From Fibrobacter succinogenes subsp. succinogenes S85 (GTDB lineage Bacteria; Fibrobacterota; Fibrobacteria; Fibrobacterales; Fibrobacteraceae), in contig NC_017448.1 in NCBI RefSeq assembly GCF_000146505.1, positions 3,570,001 to 3,602,000 of the forward strand: DNA of 32,000 nucleotides, in the 5' to 3' direction. A program made the position numbers and the translations under genes. Shown piece after piece: positions 7,876 to 15,783 of this stretch. The notes beneath the pieces were generated by a model. It saw only the letters and a list, made by a program, of their open reading frames with translations, was not told where the DNA came from and ran no database searches. Numbering within the stretch: position 1 is the first letter of the stretch; every line of letters starts with the position of its first letter.

Positions 7876-8844
7876 TTAAATCGGCGTCTTGCTCTTTTCG
7901 CCGGCGATTTCTCGAACGAGTTTCGGTACGAGGTAGCCGGGGAGCTTGGTGCGGATCTGCGCTATGAGTTCGCGGGCGCGTTCGTCGCTGACTTCAAAAT
8001 GGGCGACACCTTTTGCATGGTCGAGTTGGTGCAGATAGTAGGGGAGTACACCTTGCTCGAATAGCCTGCGGCTCAAGCGTTCGAGCGTTTCGGCGTCATC
8101 GTTCACGCCTTTCAAAAGAACGCTCTGGTTCAAAAGCGTCCAGCCGCTGAATTTAAGTTGTGCGAAAACGGCGGCGGATTCTTCGTCCAGCTCGTCGGGG
8201 TGGTTCACGTGCACCACGAGCACACAATTGAAACGTGCGGGGAGTTCTCGCAAAAGTTCAAAATGCTGCATCACGAGGTCCGGTCGCATGATCGGGAGTC
8301 GCGTGTGGATGCGGAGCGTCGTCACAGACGGGTGGAATGCGATTGCTTCCACGAGGTCGCGGAAAGGTCCCGGGCCAAGCGTGAGCGGGTCTCCACCCGA
8401 GAGTATCACTTCCCAAATGCTCGTATGGACGTCCAGCCAGTTCGAAACTTCACTCGCGATATTCTGTGTGTCCTGGAAGGGGTAGTTGCGCCTAAAGCAG
8501 AACCTGCAGCGCACACCGCAGGCAGAAGTCGAAACGATGAGGGCGCGGTTCTCGTACTTTTGCAAGATGCATTCGGACTTGCCGGCGGGGAGGTCGCCAA
8601 CGGGATCATCGACGAATCCCGGAGCATCCTTAAGTTCGTCTGTAGAAGGTAGAACCTCGCGTAGCAGTTTGACGGGCTCGGCCGAATTCTTGATGAGGTC
8701 GGCGTAATGCTTGGAACAGTTGAATGCGAACGTGGGCTCTTGGTCGAGGTTTGCGCGCATTTCGCTTGTCAAACCGGTAAAATCATTGCCCAAATAGTCT
8801 AAAAATTCAGAAATATGCGTGAAAGTTTTAACAGAATTGTCCAT
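7876..8844 (-). CDS. epmB: KamA-family radical SAM enzyme, EF-P beta-lysylation protein EpmB-like (lysine 2,3-aminomutase)
   Basis: CGVRCRFCFRR radical-SAM CxxxCxxC cluster; ~320 aa; divergent from efp. ATG 8844 (MDNSVKTF...) is preferred over the upstream TTG at 8874 used by the track. Confidence 0.85.
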   Translation of the reverse strand: MDNSVKTFTHISEFLDYLGNDFTGLTSEMRANLDQEPTFAFNCSKHYADLIKNSAEPVKLLREVLPSTDELKDAPGFVDDPVGDLPAGKSECILQKYENRALIVSTSACGVRCRFCFRRNYPFQDTQNIASEVSNWLDVHTSIWEVILSGGDPLTLGPGPFRDLVEAIAFHPSVTTLRIHTRLPIMRPDLVMQHFELLRELPARFNCVLVVHVNHPDELDEESAAVFAQLKFSGWTLLNQSVLLKGVNDDAETLERLSRRLFEQGVLPYYLHQLDHAKGVAHFEVSDERARELIAQIRTKLPGYLVPKLVREIAGEKSKTPI

Positions 8845-8885
8845 TATATTGCTAAATTTAGAATCAAAAACCAAAAGAGGATAAT

Positions 8886-9470
8886 ATGGGTACTGTAAGC
8901 ACCAACGAATTCCGTAAAAAATTGAAAATCATGGTTGATGGTCAGCCGTATGAAATCATCGAAAACCAGTTTGTGAAGCCGGGTAAGGGTCAGGCTTTCA
9001 ACCGCGTTCGTATCAAGAACTTGGTGACTGGCCGTACTCTCGAACGCACCTGGAAGAGCGGTGATACGGTGGAAGAAGCTGATGTGACCTACACCGAAAT
9101 GACCTACCTTTACAACGACGGTTCTACTTGGTACTTCCTCAACAGCGAAACTCAGGAAACTGAAGAAATCTCCAAGGAAGCTCTCAATGGCTGCGAAGTT
9201 TGGCTCCTCGATGGCGCTACTGTCGAAGTCACTTGGTGGAAGGACCCGAAGACTCAGGCAACGCTTCCGATCGAAGTTATCCCGCCGACCTTCGTTGATC
9301 TGATGATCGTTGACGCTCCTCCGGCAGTTCAGGGCAACACCAGCGGTAACGTGATGCGTGAAGCCACTCTCGAAACTGGCGCTAAGGTGATGATTCCGCT
9401 CTTCATCGAAAACAACACCAAGATCCGCGTGGATACCCGCGACGGTTCTTACCTCGAACGCGCTAAGTAA
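8886..9470 (+). CDS. efp: Translation elongation factor P
   Basis: VKPGKGQAFNRVRIKNLVTGR carries the modifiable Lys loop (KPGKGQA). ~190 aa; AAGAGG Shine-Dalgarno sequence upstream. Confidence 0.95.
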   Translation: MGTVSTNEFRKKLKIMVDGQPYEIIENQFVKPGKGQAFNRVRIKNLVTGRTLERTWKSGDTVEEADVTYTEMTYLYNDGSTWYFLNSETQETEEISKEALNGCEVWLLDGATVEVTWWKDPKTQATLPIEVIPPTFVDLMIVDAPPAVQGNTSGNVMREATLETGAKVMIPLFIENNTKIRVDTRDGSYLERAK

Positions 9471-9514
9471 TAAGATCGCTCGGCTCTCGCCATCGTTATT
9501 ATTGCGACTTTAAA

Positions 9515-9546
9515 AGCCTCGTCCAAGCGACGGGGCTGTTTTTTTA
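9515..9546 (+). terminator. Rho-independent terminator after efp
   Basis: 9-bp stem AGCCTCGTC / GACGGGGCT (one G-U pair), loop CAAGC, then GTTTTTTTA. Confidence 0.8.
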
Positions 9547-9549
9547 TCC

Positions 9550-9577
9550 CTTCCTACCGTCTACTGTCACTTCCTAC
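9550..9577 (+). repeat. Direct repeat of CTTCCTAC (period 20) immediately after the efp terminator
   Basis: CTTCCTAC occurs at 9550-9557 and 9570-9577. This is another example of the word-spacer-word pattern seen in other spacers of this window. Confidence 0.6.
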
Positions 9578-9591
9578 TGAGACAAAGTCGC

Positions 9592-9608
9592 ATAGACAAA
9601 CTGTCTAT
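9592..9608. promoter_or_regulatory. Perfect inverted repeat ATAGACA-AAC-TGTCTAT upstream of the esterase gene (operator or small hairpin candidate)
   Basis: 7-bp arms with a 3-nt spacer, followed by AGTTTTT. About 40 nt upstream of two TATAAT hexamers (9649-9654, 9656-9661) and about 80 nt upstream of the ATG at 9685. Confidence 0.3.
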
Positions 9609-9684
9609 AGTTTTTCTCGGGGCAGGCGCGCGCTTAGCCACTTTTCTGTATAATTTATAATTGTTGTTTAACCCAAAGGGATAT

Positions 9685-11259
9685 ATGGGAATGTTTAATA
9701 AGCTTTCTGGTTTTGCGTCCGTGGCGTGTGTTGCTGCGGGCTTTGTGCTGTTTGGTGCGGCTTCTTCCGAGGCTGCTCCGGACCCGAATTTCCACATCTA
9801 CATTGCGTATGGCCAGTCCAACATGGGCGGCACGGCAGATGCCCAGAGCGCGGACAAGGTCGAAAATTCGCGCTTCAAGATTTTCGCAACGCAAAAATGC
9901 TCGGGCAAGGGGCGCAATACGCTCGGTGACGTTTACCCGGCTGTGCCTTCGCTCTTTAACTGCGGCAACACGATTTCTGTGGCGGACTGGTTTGGCCGCA
10001 CAATGGCCGACAGCATGCCCAACGTGACGATTGGGATTATTCCGGTGGCCGTGGGCGGTGCAAGCATTAAGCTCTTTGACCAGGATCAGTACAAAACTTA
10101 TCTCTCGACGGCAGAAACCTGGCTCCAGAACTATGCGAAGGAATACGCAAGCGATGGCAATGTGACGAAGACGATTATCGACATCGCGAAAAAGGCACAA
10201 GAAAAGGGCGTCATCAAGGGCTTCATTTTCCATCAGGGCGAAACGGACGGCGGTTATTCCGATTGGCCGAAAATCGTGAAGAAAACTCGCGACGATATTC
10301 TCAAGGCTCTCGACATGAGTTCCGATACGGTGCCGTTCGTGGCGGGCGAGCTCTTGCGCGAAGGCTGCTGCTATTCCGACCGCGTGTCGAAACTCCCGAA
10401 CACGATGGACAACACCTACTACGCTTCGTCCGAAGGCTTGGGCGGTAACGGCGTGGACCGCTACCATTTCAATCACGATGCCTATGTGGAATTCGGCAAG
10501 CGCTATGCGGCGCAGATGCTCAAAGCTGTGAACCGCAAGCCCGTGGAACCTGTTCCGCAGAAGCCGTTTGGCAAAGTGGTGGGCGATAGTGTTGTCGCAG
10601 GCGAACCGGCGGAAATCCCGGGCAGGATCGAGGCCGAAAACTATGACATCAATGGCGTCGGCAGTGGTAATAGTTCTTATTTCGATAAAGATTCCGAAAA
10701 CAGGGGTGGCGAGTATCGCAAGGATGGCGTGGATATTTATAAGGGCGGCGACAATTATGCCATTGGTTACACGCAAGAAGGCGAATGGCTGGAATACTCC
10801 GTGAATGTGGATCGTGATGGAAAATTCTATATCTCTGCGAATGTGGCTTCTGGTACGGAATCGTCTAGCTTTAGCTTGCTTTTGGATGATAAGGAAATTG
10901 TGCCCTCCACGAAGGTTCCGAAAACTGGCGATGAGTGGGATGTCTATGAAAGACTGGAATTAGACCAGGTGGAATTCACGAAGGGCGAGCATGTGCTGAA
11001 GCTCTTGATTACAGGCAACTACGTGAACATTGACTGGATAGAAATTGAAGATCGGTCGCTTGCCATTCGTCCGAAATTCGTAGCGTCATCAGGTCCGCAA
11101 ACTTACGATGTGTTCGATATGCTCGGGGCGCATGTCGGCCGTGTTGATGCTGCAACAGTTCAAGATGTTGCGCAGAAAGTCCGCGCACTCGTGAAGCAGA
11201 ACGGCACGTACCTCGTGAAGTCCCGTAACAGCTCCGCGACCATCCGTGTGATGAAGTAA
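9685..11259 (+). CDS. Secreted carbohydrate esterase (CE6 / sialate O-acetylesterase-like SGNH domain) fused to a CBM6-like module and a short C-terminal sorting-type domain
   Basis: Signal peptide FASVACVAAGFVLFGAASSEA. YGQSNMGG catalytic Ser motif and GFIFHQGETD. GRIEAENYD...GYTQEGEWLEYSVNV...VNIDWIEI is typical of CBM6. The last ~55 aa (YDVFDMLGAHVGRV...GTYLVKSRNSSATIRVMK) resemble a C-terminal secretion or sorting domain. The track start at 9661 is a TTG; ATG 9685 or 9691 is preferred. Confidence 0.8.
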   Translation: MGMFNKLSGFASVACVAAGFVLFGAASSEAAPDPNFHIYIAYGQSNMGGTADAQSADKVENSRFKIFATQKCSGKGRNTLGDVYPAVPSLFNCGNTISVADWFGRTMADSMPNVTIGIIPVAVGGASIKLFDQDQYKTYLSTAETWLQNYAKEYASDGNVTKTIIDIAKKAQEKGVIKGFIFHQGETDGGYSDWPKIVKKTRDDILKALDMSSDTVPFVAGELLREGCCYSDRVSKLPNTMDNTYYASSEGLGGNGVDRYHFNHDAYVEFGKRYAAQMLKAVNRKPVEPVPQKPFGKVVGDSVVAGEPAEIPGRIEAENYDINGVGSGNSSYFDKDSENRGGEYRKDGVDIYKGGDNYAIGYTQEGEWLEYSVNVDRDGKFYISANVASGTESSSFSLLLDDKEIVPSTKVPKTGDEWDVYERLELDQVEFTKGEHVLKLLITGNYVNIDWIEIEDRSLAIRPKFVASSGPQTYDVFDMLGAHVGRVDAATVQDVAQKVRALVKQNGTYLVKSRNSSATIRVMK

Positions 11260-11270
11260 TTTTTGCGATT

Positions 11271-12245
11271 CTAAAGAACTGCTTTTCTAAAGACCCGGGC
11301 GACCTCGTCCGGGTTATCGCTTTTAAGCCAACTTAACGTTTCGGTACCGCGGTAGCTCCAGGCAAAGATGTTCTTGATGCCTGCAGCACGGCTTTCAGCG
11401 ACAGCGATGGCGAGGTCATTTTCGCGGCCCGCTTCAATCTGGTACGCCTTGACCCACATCTGTACGGACTTTCTGTAGCGGGTCGCGACTTCAACAAGCT
11501 TGTTTGCTGTTTCGCGGTATTTTTCGCGGACCCATTCTTCACTTGCTCCGCGTTCCCAGTACGGGTCGCTTGCAATTTCGTCGACGGCATCGAGGCGCGC
11601 GACACGACCCCAGTCGTCGAGCCCCGCCGGGAACCACGGCGGGAGCATGCAAACGCAGTTGCGTTTGCCGCGCGCTTTGACATCTTGAGTCATCTCGTCC
11701 AAGAAATCAATGAGGCTTTCTTCGCGGAACAGCTTTACGTCGTCTGTAAGCTCGGCGGGCATCTCGTACCCAAACTTTGTACGGAACTTCTCGCGGCACT
11801 TTTCGCAACGGCAGCTCCAGTTGCTAAGCCCGCCCTTTTCAAAGTAAAAGTGTGGCTCGTCCCAGAAAATCGTGGAGACATCCGTCTCGCAAACTGTTGC
11901 AATCCACTTGTGCATGTAGGCGCGGAACTCCGGGTGGTTCGGGCAGGCGGCCACTTTCGGTTTTCCGTCCAGCGCCACTTGGCACATGTCGTGGTTTCTG
12001 GCTGTGAGTTCCGAATAAGCTTCACCGCCAAATACGCGACCGACACCCCACGGGTTTACGTAAACGGAAAGTCCCATGGCGGCAGACTCATTCACAATCT
12101 GCTTCATGGTGTCGTAATAATATTGCAGGTCTTCTTCGCTCCACGTGTGGAGCACTGCATTGTATCCTGCTTCTTTTATCTGTACAAGATCCATGCGTGC
12201 GAACTTCGGAGAGCGCACACCAAAGTAGCTAACGCCTTTAATCAC
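11271..12245 (-). CDS. Hypothetical protein, glycoside-hydrolase-like TIM-barrel (function uncertain)
   Basis: Long ORF with a GTG start and AGAGG 9 nt upstream. Segments such as AACPNHPEFRAYMHKW and FWDEPHF recall clan GH-A / GH42-like folds. Contains a CRCEKC motif. No confident family call. Confidence 0.6.
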   Translation of the reverse strand: MIKGVSYFGVRSPKFARMDLVQIKEAGYNAVLHTWSEEDLQYYYDTMKQIVNESAAMGLSVYVNPWGVGRVFGGEAYSELTARNHDMCQVALDGKPKVAACPNHPEFRAYMHKWIATVCETDVSTIFWDEPHFYFEKGGLSNWSCRCEKCREKFRTKFGYEMPAELTDDVKLFREESLIDFLDEMTQDVKARGKRNCVCMLPPWFPAGLDDWGRVARLDAVDEIASDPYWERGASEEWVREKYRETANKLVEVATRYRKSVQMWVKAYQIEAGRENDLAIAVAESRAAGIKNIFAWSYRGTETLSWLKSDNPDEVARVFRKAVL

Positions 12246-12262
12246 GGTTAAAAACCTCTGTT

Positions 12263-12718
12263 TTAAATTCCTCTAAAGCTCTTGTGCTGAGTCCACTTGG
12301 CCCACTGCGGACTGCAGTTCTTGTGCAGCACATTTTCAAGCGTTGCGCACCATTCTTCTTCGCTTACGGGGCGCCTGATCCAGAACGTGCTGTCGTCCCT
12401 CGAATCTTCGGGGAGAGGCATGTCGTCCGGGATGATTTCAATAATCCACGATTCGGGAATACCGTTGTGGAGTTCCTTGCTGAAGGCGAGGTTCTTCTCG
12501 GTCGCGTGGTCGGCATGGTCAAAGATGATGAGTGATGGCGACTGGCCGATGATGAGTGCCGATTCCAAAAGGCTCTGGGCGCTTTCGATGGAATTGCAAG
12601 TATAGAGGGTGGAATCTTCCGCCATGTTACCATGTTCTAAAAGCCAGCGGAAGGTCCACTGGTTCAGCTTGTCCAAGCTGCCTGGCGATGATGGCGTTAT
12701 AAAAAATATGTGTCCCAC
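12263..12718 (-). CDS. Small receiver(REC)-like protein lacking the canonical acidic pocket (pseudo-receiver candidate)
   Basis: The pattern IFFIT ... LIIFDH ... IIEIIPDD ... FWIRRPVSEEEW follows the beta1/beta3/beta4/beta5 layout of CheY-like domains, but the DD after beta1 is missing and the beta5 Lys is replaced by Arg. GTG start. Lies 17 nt upstream of the TIM-barrel gene. Confidence 0.5.
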   Translation of the reverse strand: MGHIFFITPSSPGSLDKLNQWTFRWLLEHGNMAEDSTLYTCNSIESAQSLLESALIIGQSPSLIIFDHADHATEKNLAFSKELHNGIPESWIIEIIPDDMPLPEDSRDDSTFWIRRPVSEEEWCATLENVLHKNCSPQWAKWTQHKSFRGI

Positions 12719-12782
12719 GCCTAAAGTATAGAAAGTTTATTGTTAAATTATTGGCAGAAAAATTGAATTACCCTAGAAAAAT

Positions 12783-13769
12783 ATGAATTTCCCAGACCTT
12801 GGCGAATTTAGGTTCGTCAGAAAAATTTTGGAAGGAGCCCACCCCTTGAATAACGAACCGCCGGCACACCGCAGCTGGCTGAACGTGGGGGATGACTGCG
12901 CCATCTTTGATGGCTGGCTTGCGACCAAGGACCTCTCGGTCGAGAACACGCACTTCCGCCTGGACTGGTCAAGTCCGGAACAGGCGGTCGAGAAGCACAT
13001 TGTGTCCAACGTTTCGGATGTGTCTTCCATGGGCGGTCGGCCCAAAATTGCGCTGTTCGGACTTTGCGTGAACAAAAACTGGAGCGAAGAAACTCGAAAC
13101 AGAATTGCAAAAGCGGTTGCGCAAGGCTTTGAGAGAAGAGGAATTACGTTGATTGGCGGAGATACGGTCTCTGGCGATGTCGGGATGTTTTCGACAACAC
13201 TCCTCGGCACGACCGATGGTGAAATTTCGCTCCTCCGTAGTGATGCAAAACCGGGTGACCATGTTTTTGTGGCGGGAACTCTCGGCAAATCCGATGCCGG
13301 ACTTTGGATTTTGATGAACCATCCCGAAGAGGCAAATCGCTTCCCGAGGCTCGTTGAATACCACCTTGCGCCGAAAATTTGCGAGGATGCGGGGGCTCAA
13401 CTGGTCAAGCAGGGGGTGCGTGGCGCCTGCATGGACATTAGCGATGGCCTTAGTTCCGAAACGAACCACCTTGCGCTCTCGTCGGGCGTATCCATCGAAA
13501 TTGACGAGCAAAAACTCCCTATTGACCCCGATGTTTTGGAAATGTGCGAGTATTTTGGACTTTCTCCCCTCCAATTTGCGCTAAATGGGGGTGAAGAATA
13601 CGAACTTCTATTCACTTCTAATCTTACAAAAAGTATATATTTAGAAGGAGCGCCCAAAATGGGCGAAATCCACGATATCGGATTGGTATCTTGTGGCAAT
13701 GGTGTTTATTTGAAAGGGCAGGATGGAGTTAAGGCGCTCCTGAATGCTCAGGCGTGGTCGCATCTATGA
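12783..13769 (+). CDS. thiL: Thiamine-monophosphate kinase
   Basis: AIR-synthase-related fold motifs GDDCAIF, ENTHFRLDW, GGDT and DISDGL; ~328 aa. Confidence 0.9.
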   Translation: MNFPDLGEFRFVRKILEGAHPLNNEPPAHRSWLNVGDDCAIFDGWLATKDLSVENTHFRLDWSSPEQAVEKHIVSNVSDVSSMGGRPKIALFGLCVNKNWSEETRNRIAKAVAQGFERRGITLIGGDTVSGDVGMFSTTLLGTTDGEISLLRSDAKPGDHVFVAGTLGKSDAGLWILMNHPEEANRFPRLVEYHLAPKICEDAGAQLVKQGVRGACMDISDGLSSETNHLALSSGVSIEIDEQKLPIDPDVLEMCEYFGLSPLQFALNGGEEYELLFTSNLTKSIYLEGAPKMGEIHDIGLVSCGNGVYLKGQDGVKALLNAQAWSHL

Positions 13770-15691
13770 AAGATTCAAGTAGTTTAGGACAGTTGTTGGT
13801 TCGTGTCAACTTGATTGACGAAGATCAGCTGAGGTATGCTGAAGACGAAATCAAGTTCTGGGCGCAAAAAGGCAAGAAGTTGACTCTTGCCCAGGTTCTT
13901 GTGAAGGCCAACATGGTCAAGCAAGAAGCTCTCACCGACATTTTGGGTGTTCAGATGCAGAGTGTCACCAAGAAACGTATTGGTGAAATGCTCTTGGACC
14001 AGGGCTTCATTACGCAAGACCAGCTAAACGAAGCTCTTGAAAAGCAGAAAACGTCGGGCGGTAAGCGTCTTGGCCGTGTGCTTGTCGATTTGAAGTTCAT
14101 CGACGAAAAGAAGCTCACGGATATTCTTTGCTGCCAGTTCGAAGTGCCTTATGTTAAGCTTGATACGATTAAGCTTGATGAAAAGGTCTATGAGTTCATT
14201 CCCGAAGACCAGTGCAAGGCGAACAAGATTGTTCCGCTTTACGTGACGAAGGACGCTCGCCAGGCTCTCGTGGTCGCTATGGCAGACCCGACGAATGTGC
14301 GACTCAGGGACTCTATCAAGTTCAAGGTCAAGCGCAATGTTGATGTGGTCATGGCTTCCGAACAGGACATCAAGAAGACCATCGATACACTTTTTGCGGG
14401 CCACGGCCCTGCCGAAGAATCCCTTGCAGAACTTATTGGAGGTTCTGGAGAGGATGAACTTGAAACGGTCGAACGCGGAAATGGCAATAGCGATGAACCG
14501 GAACTGACTGACGAAGAAGGTCGCCAGGTCGTGAAGATTGTGACGACCTTGATTCATGAAGCCATTGCCCGTCACGCTTCCGATATTCACCTTGAACCGC
14601 AAGAGACGTTCCTCAAGTTGCGTTACCGTATTGACGGTGACTTGCAGGTGATGTCTCCGATTCCGGCACGACTCATGCCGCAGATTCTTTCGCGTATCAA
14701 GCTCTTGTCCAAGATGGACATTGCTGAAAAGCGTAAGCCGTTGGACGGACGTTTCACAGTGCGTTACAAGGGATCCGAAGTTGACCTTCGTGTGAGCTCG
14801 TTCCCGATTTCTTTGCGTAAGCGCGGTGTCTGCGAAAAGATCGTTATGCGTATTTTGGACCCGAATTCGGGTCAGTTCCCGCTTAAGGAAATGGGCTTTG
14901 ACGCCCGCGTGCTCAAGCAGTTTATCGATGCGATTAATGCCCCGAACGGCATTGTGCTCGTTACCGGTCCGACGGGTTCCGGTAAGTCTACGACGCTTTA
15001 CGCTTCTATTCGAGAAATTTTGGATTCCACGATCAACATCTCGACGATGGAAGACCCGGTGGAATTGAATATTGACGGTGTGAACCAGGGCCAGATTAAC
15101 AATGCCGCAGGCTTTACCTTTGCGGCGGGCATTCGTGCCTTGCTCCGTCAGGACCCGGACGTGATCATGATCGGTGAAATGCGTGACCAAGAAACCTCGA
15201 CAATGGCTATCGAAGCTGCTTTGACGGGTCACTTGGTCTTCAGTACGCTCCATACGAACGACGCTGCCGGTGCATTCCCTCGTTTGCTTGAAATGGGACT
15301 GGAACCGTTCCTTGTGTCTACTGCAATTAAGGGTGTCTTGGCCCAGCGTCTTGTGCGCCGCATATGCAAGAACTGCAAGGAGCCGGTCGAAATCTCGCAG
15401 GAACTTCGCGATGAACTCCACCTCTCGCCGGACATGCAGTTCTATCATGGCCGCGGTTGTGAAAAGTGCGATGGTTCGGGCTTCAAGGGCCGTTGCGGTA
15501 TTTACGAGTTCCTCGTGCCGAACGAAGCTGTGCGTAATCTCGTGATCAAGCGCGCTTCCGGTGACGAAATCAAGCGCGAGGCCATCAAGTCTTGCGAAAT
15601 GATTACGCTCCGTATGGACGGCATCAACAAGGCACTCCAAGGTCAGACCACTTTGGAACAGGCCATCGGCGCATCCACCGCCGACGAATAG
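13766..15691 (+). CDS. pilB: Type IV pilus / type II secretion assembly ATPase (PilB/GspE family) with tandem MshEN-type N-terminal motifs
   Basis: Walker A GPTGSGKSTTLYA, Asp box, Walker B VIMIGEMRD, His box LVFSTLHTNDA, and a tetra-Cys CKNC...CEKC. ATG 13766 overlaps the thiL stop (ATGA). The track start at 13754 is a GTG. Confidence 0.9.
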   Translation: MKDSSSLGQLLVRVNLIDEDQLRYAEDEIKFWAQKGKKLTLAQVLVKANMVKQEALTDILGVQMQSVTKKRIGEMLLDQGFITQDQLNEALEKQKTSGGKRLGRVLVDLKFIDEKKLTDILCCQFEVPYVKLDTIKLDEKVYEFIPEDQCKANKIVPLYVTKDARQALVVAMADPTNVRLRDSIKFKVKRNVDVVMASEQDIKKTIDTLFAGHGPAEESLAELIGGSGEDELETVERGNGNSDEPELTDEEGRQVVKIVTTLIHEAIARHASDIHLEPQETFLKLRYRIDGDLQVMSPIPARLMPQILSRIKLLSKMDIAEKRKPLDGRFTVRYKGSEVDLRVSSFPISLRKRGVCEKIVMRILDPNSGQFPLKEMGFDARVLKQFIDAINAPNGIVLVTGPTGSGKSTTLYASIREILDSTINISTMEDPVELNIDGVNQGQINNAAGFTFAAGIRALLRQDPDVIMIGEMRDQETSTMAIEAALTGHLVFSTLHTNDAAGAFPRLLEMGLEPFLVSTAIKGVLAQRLVRRICKNCKEPVEISQELRDELHLSPDMQFYHGRGCEKCDGSGFKGRCGIYEFLVPNEAVRNLVIKRASGDEIKREAIKSCEMITLRMDGINKALQGQTTLEQAIGASTADE

Positions 15692-15717
15692 TTCGAAGCT
15701 CGCCGTTTATCTTTTTC

Positions 15718-15746
15718 ATCCCCATTCACTCTGAGTGGGGATTTTT
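15718..15746 (+). terminator. Rho-independent terminator after pilB
   Basis: 10-bp stem ATCCCCATTC / GAGTGGGGAT (one G-U pair), loop ACTCT, then TTTT. Confidence 0.8.
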
Positions 15747-15783
15747 CTATATTGCACATCTGTATATCGACTAGGAGTGCTAG

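Noticed and set aside
14024-15640. 538-aa ORF antisense to pilB. Similar long antisense ORFs occur at 9655..10776, 18698..19504, 21445..22257, 23092..23730, 3123..3641, 11685..12251 and 12969..13574.
   Set aside because: In every case the opposite strand carries a gene with unmistakable family motifs (Walker boxes, SGNH, KdsB, rhomboid, IGPD, ThiL). The antisense products are R/H/L/S-rich with no motifs and no Shine-Dalgarno sequence. This is typical of shadow ORFs in ~50% GC DNA.
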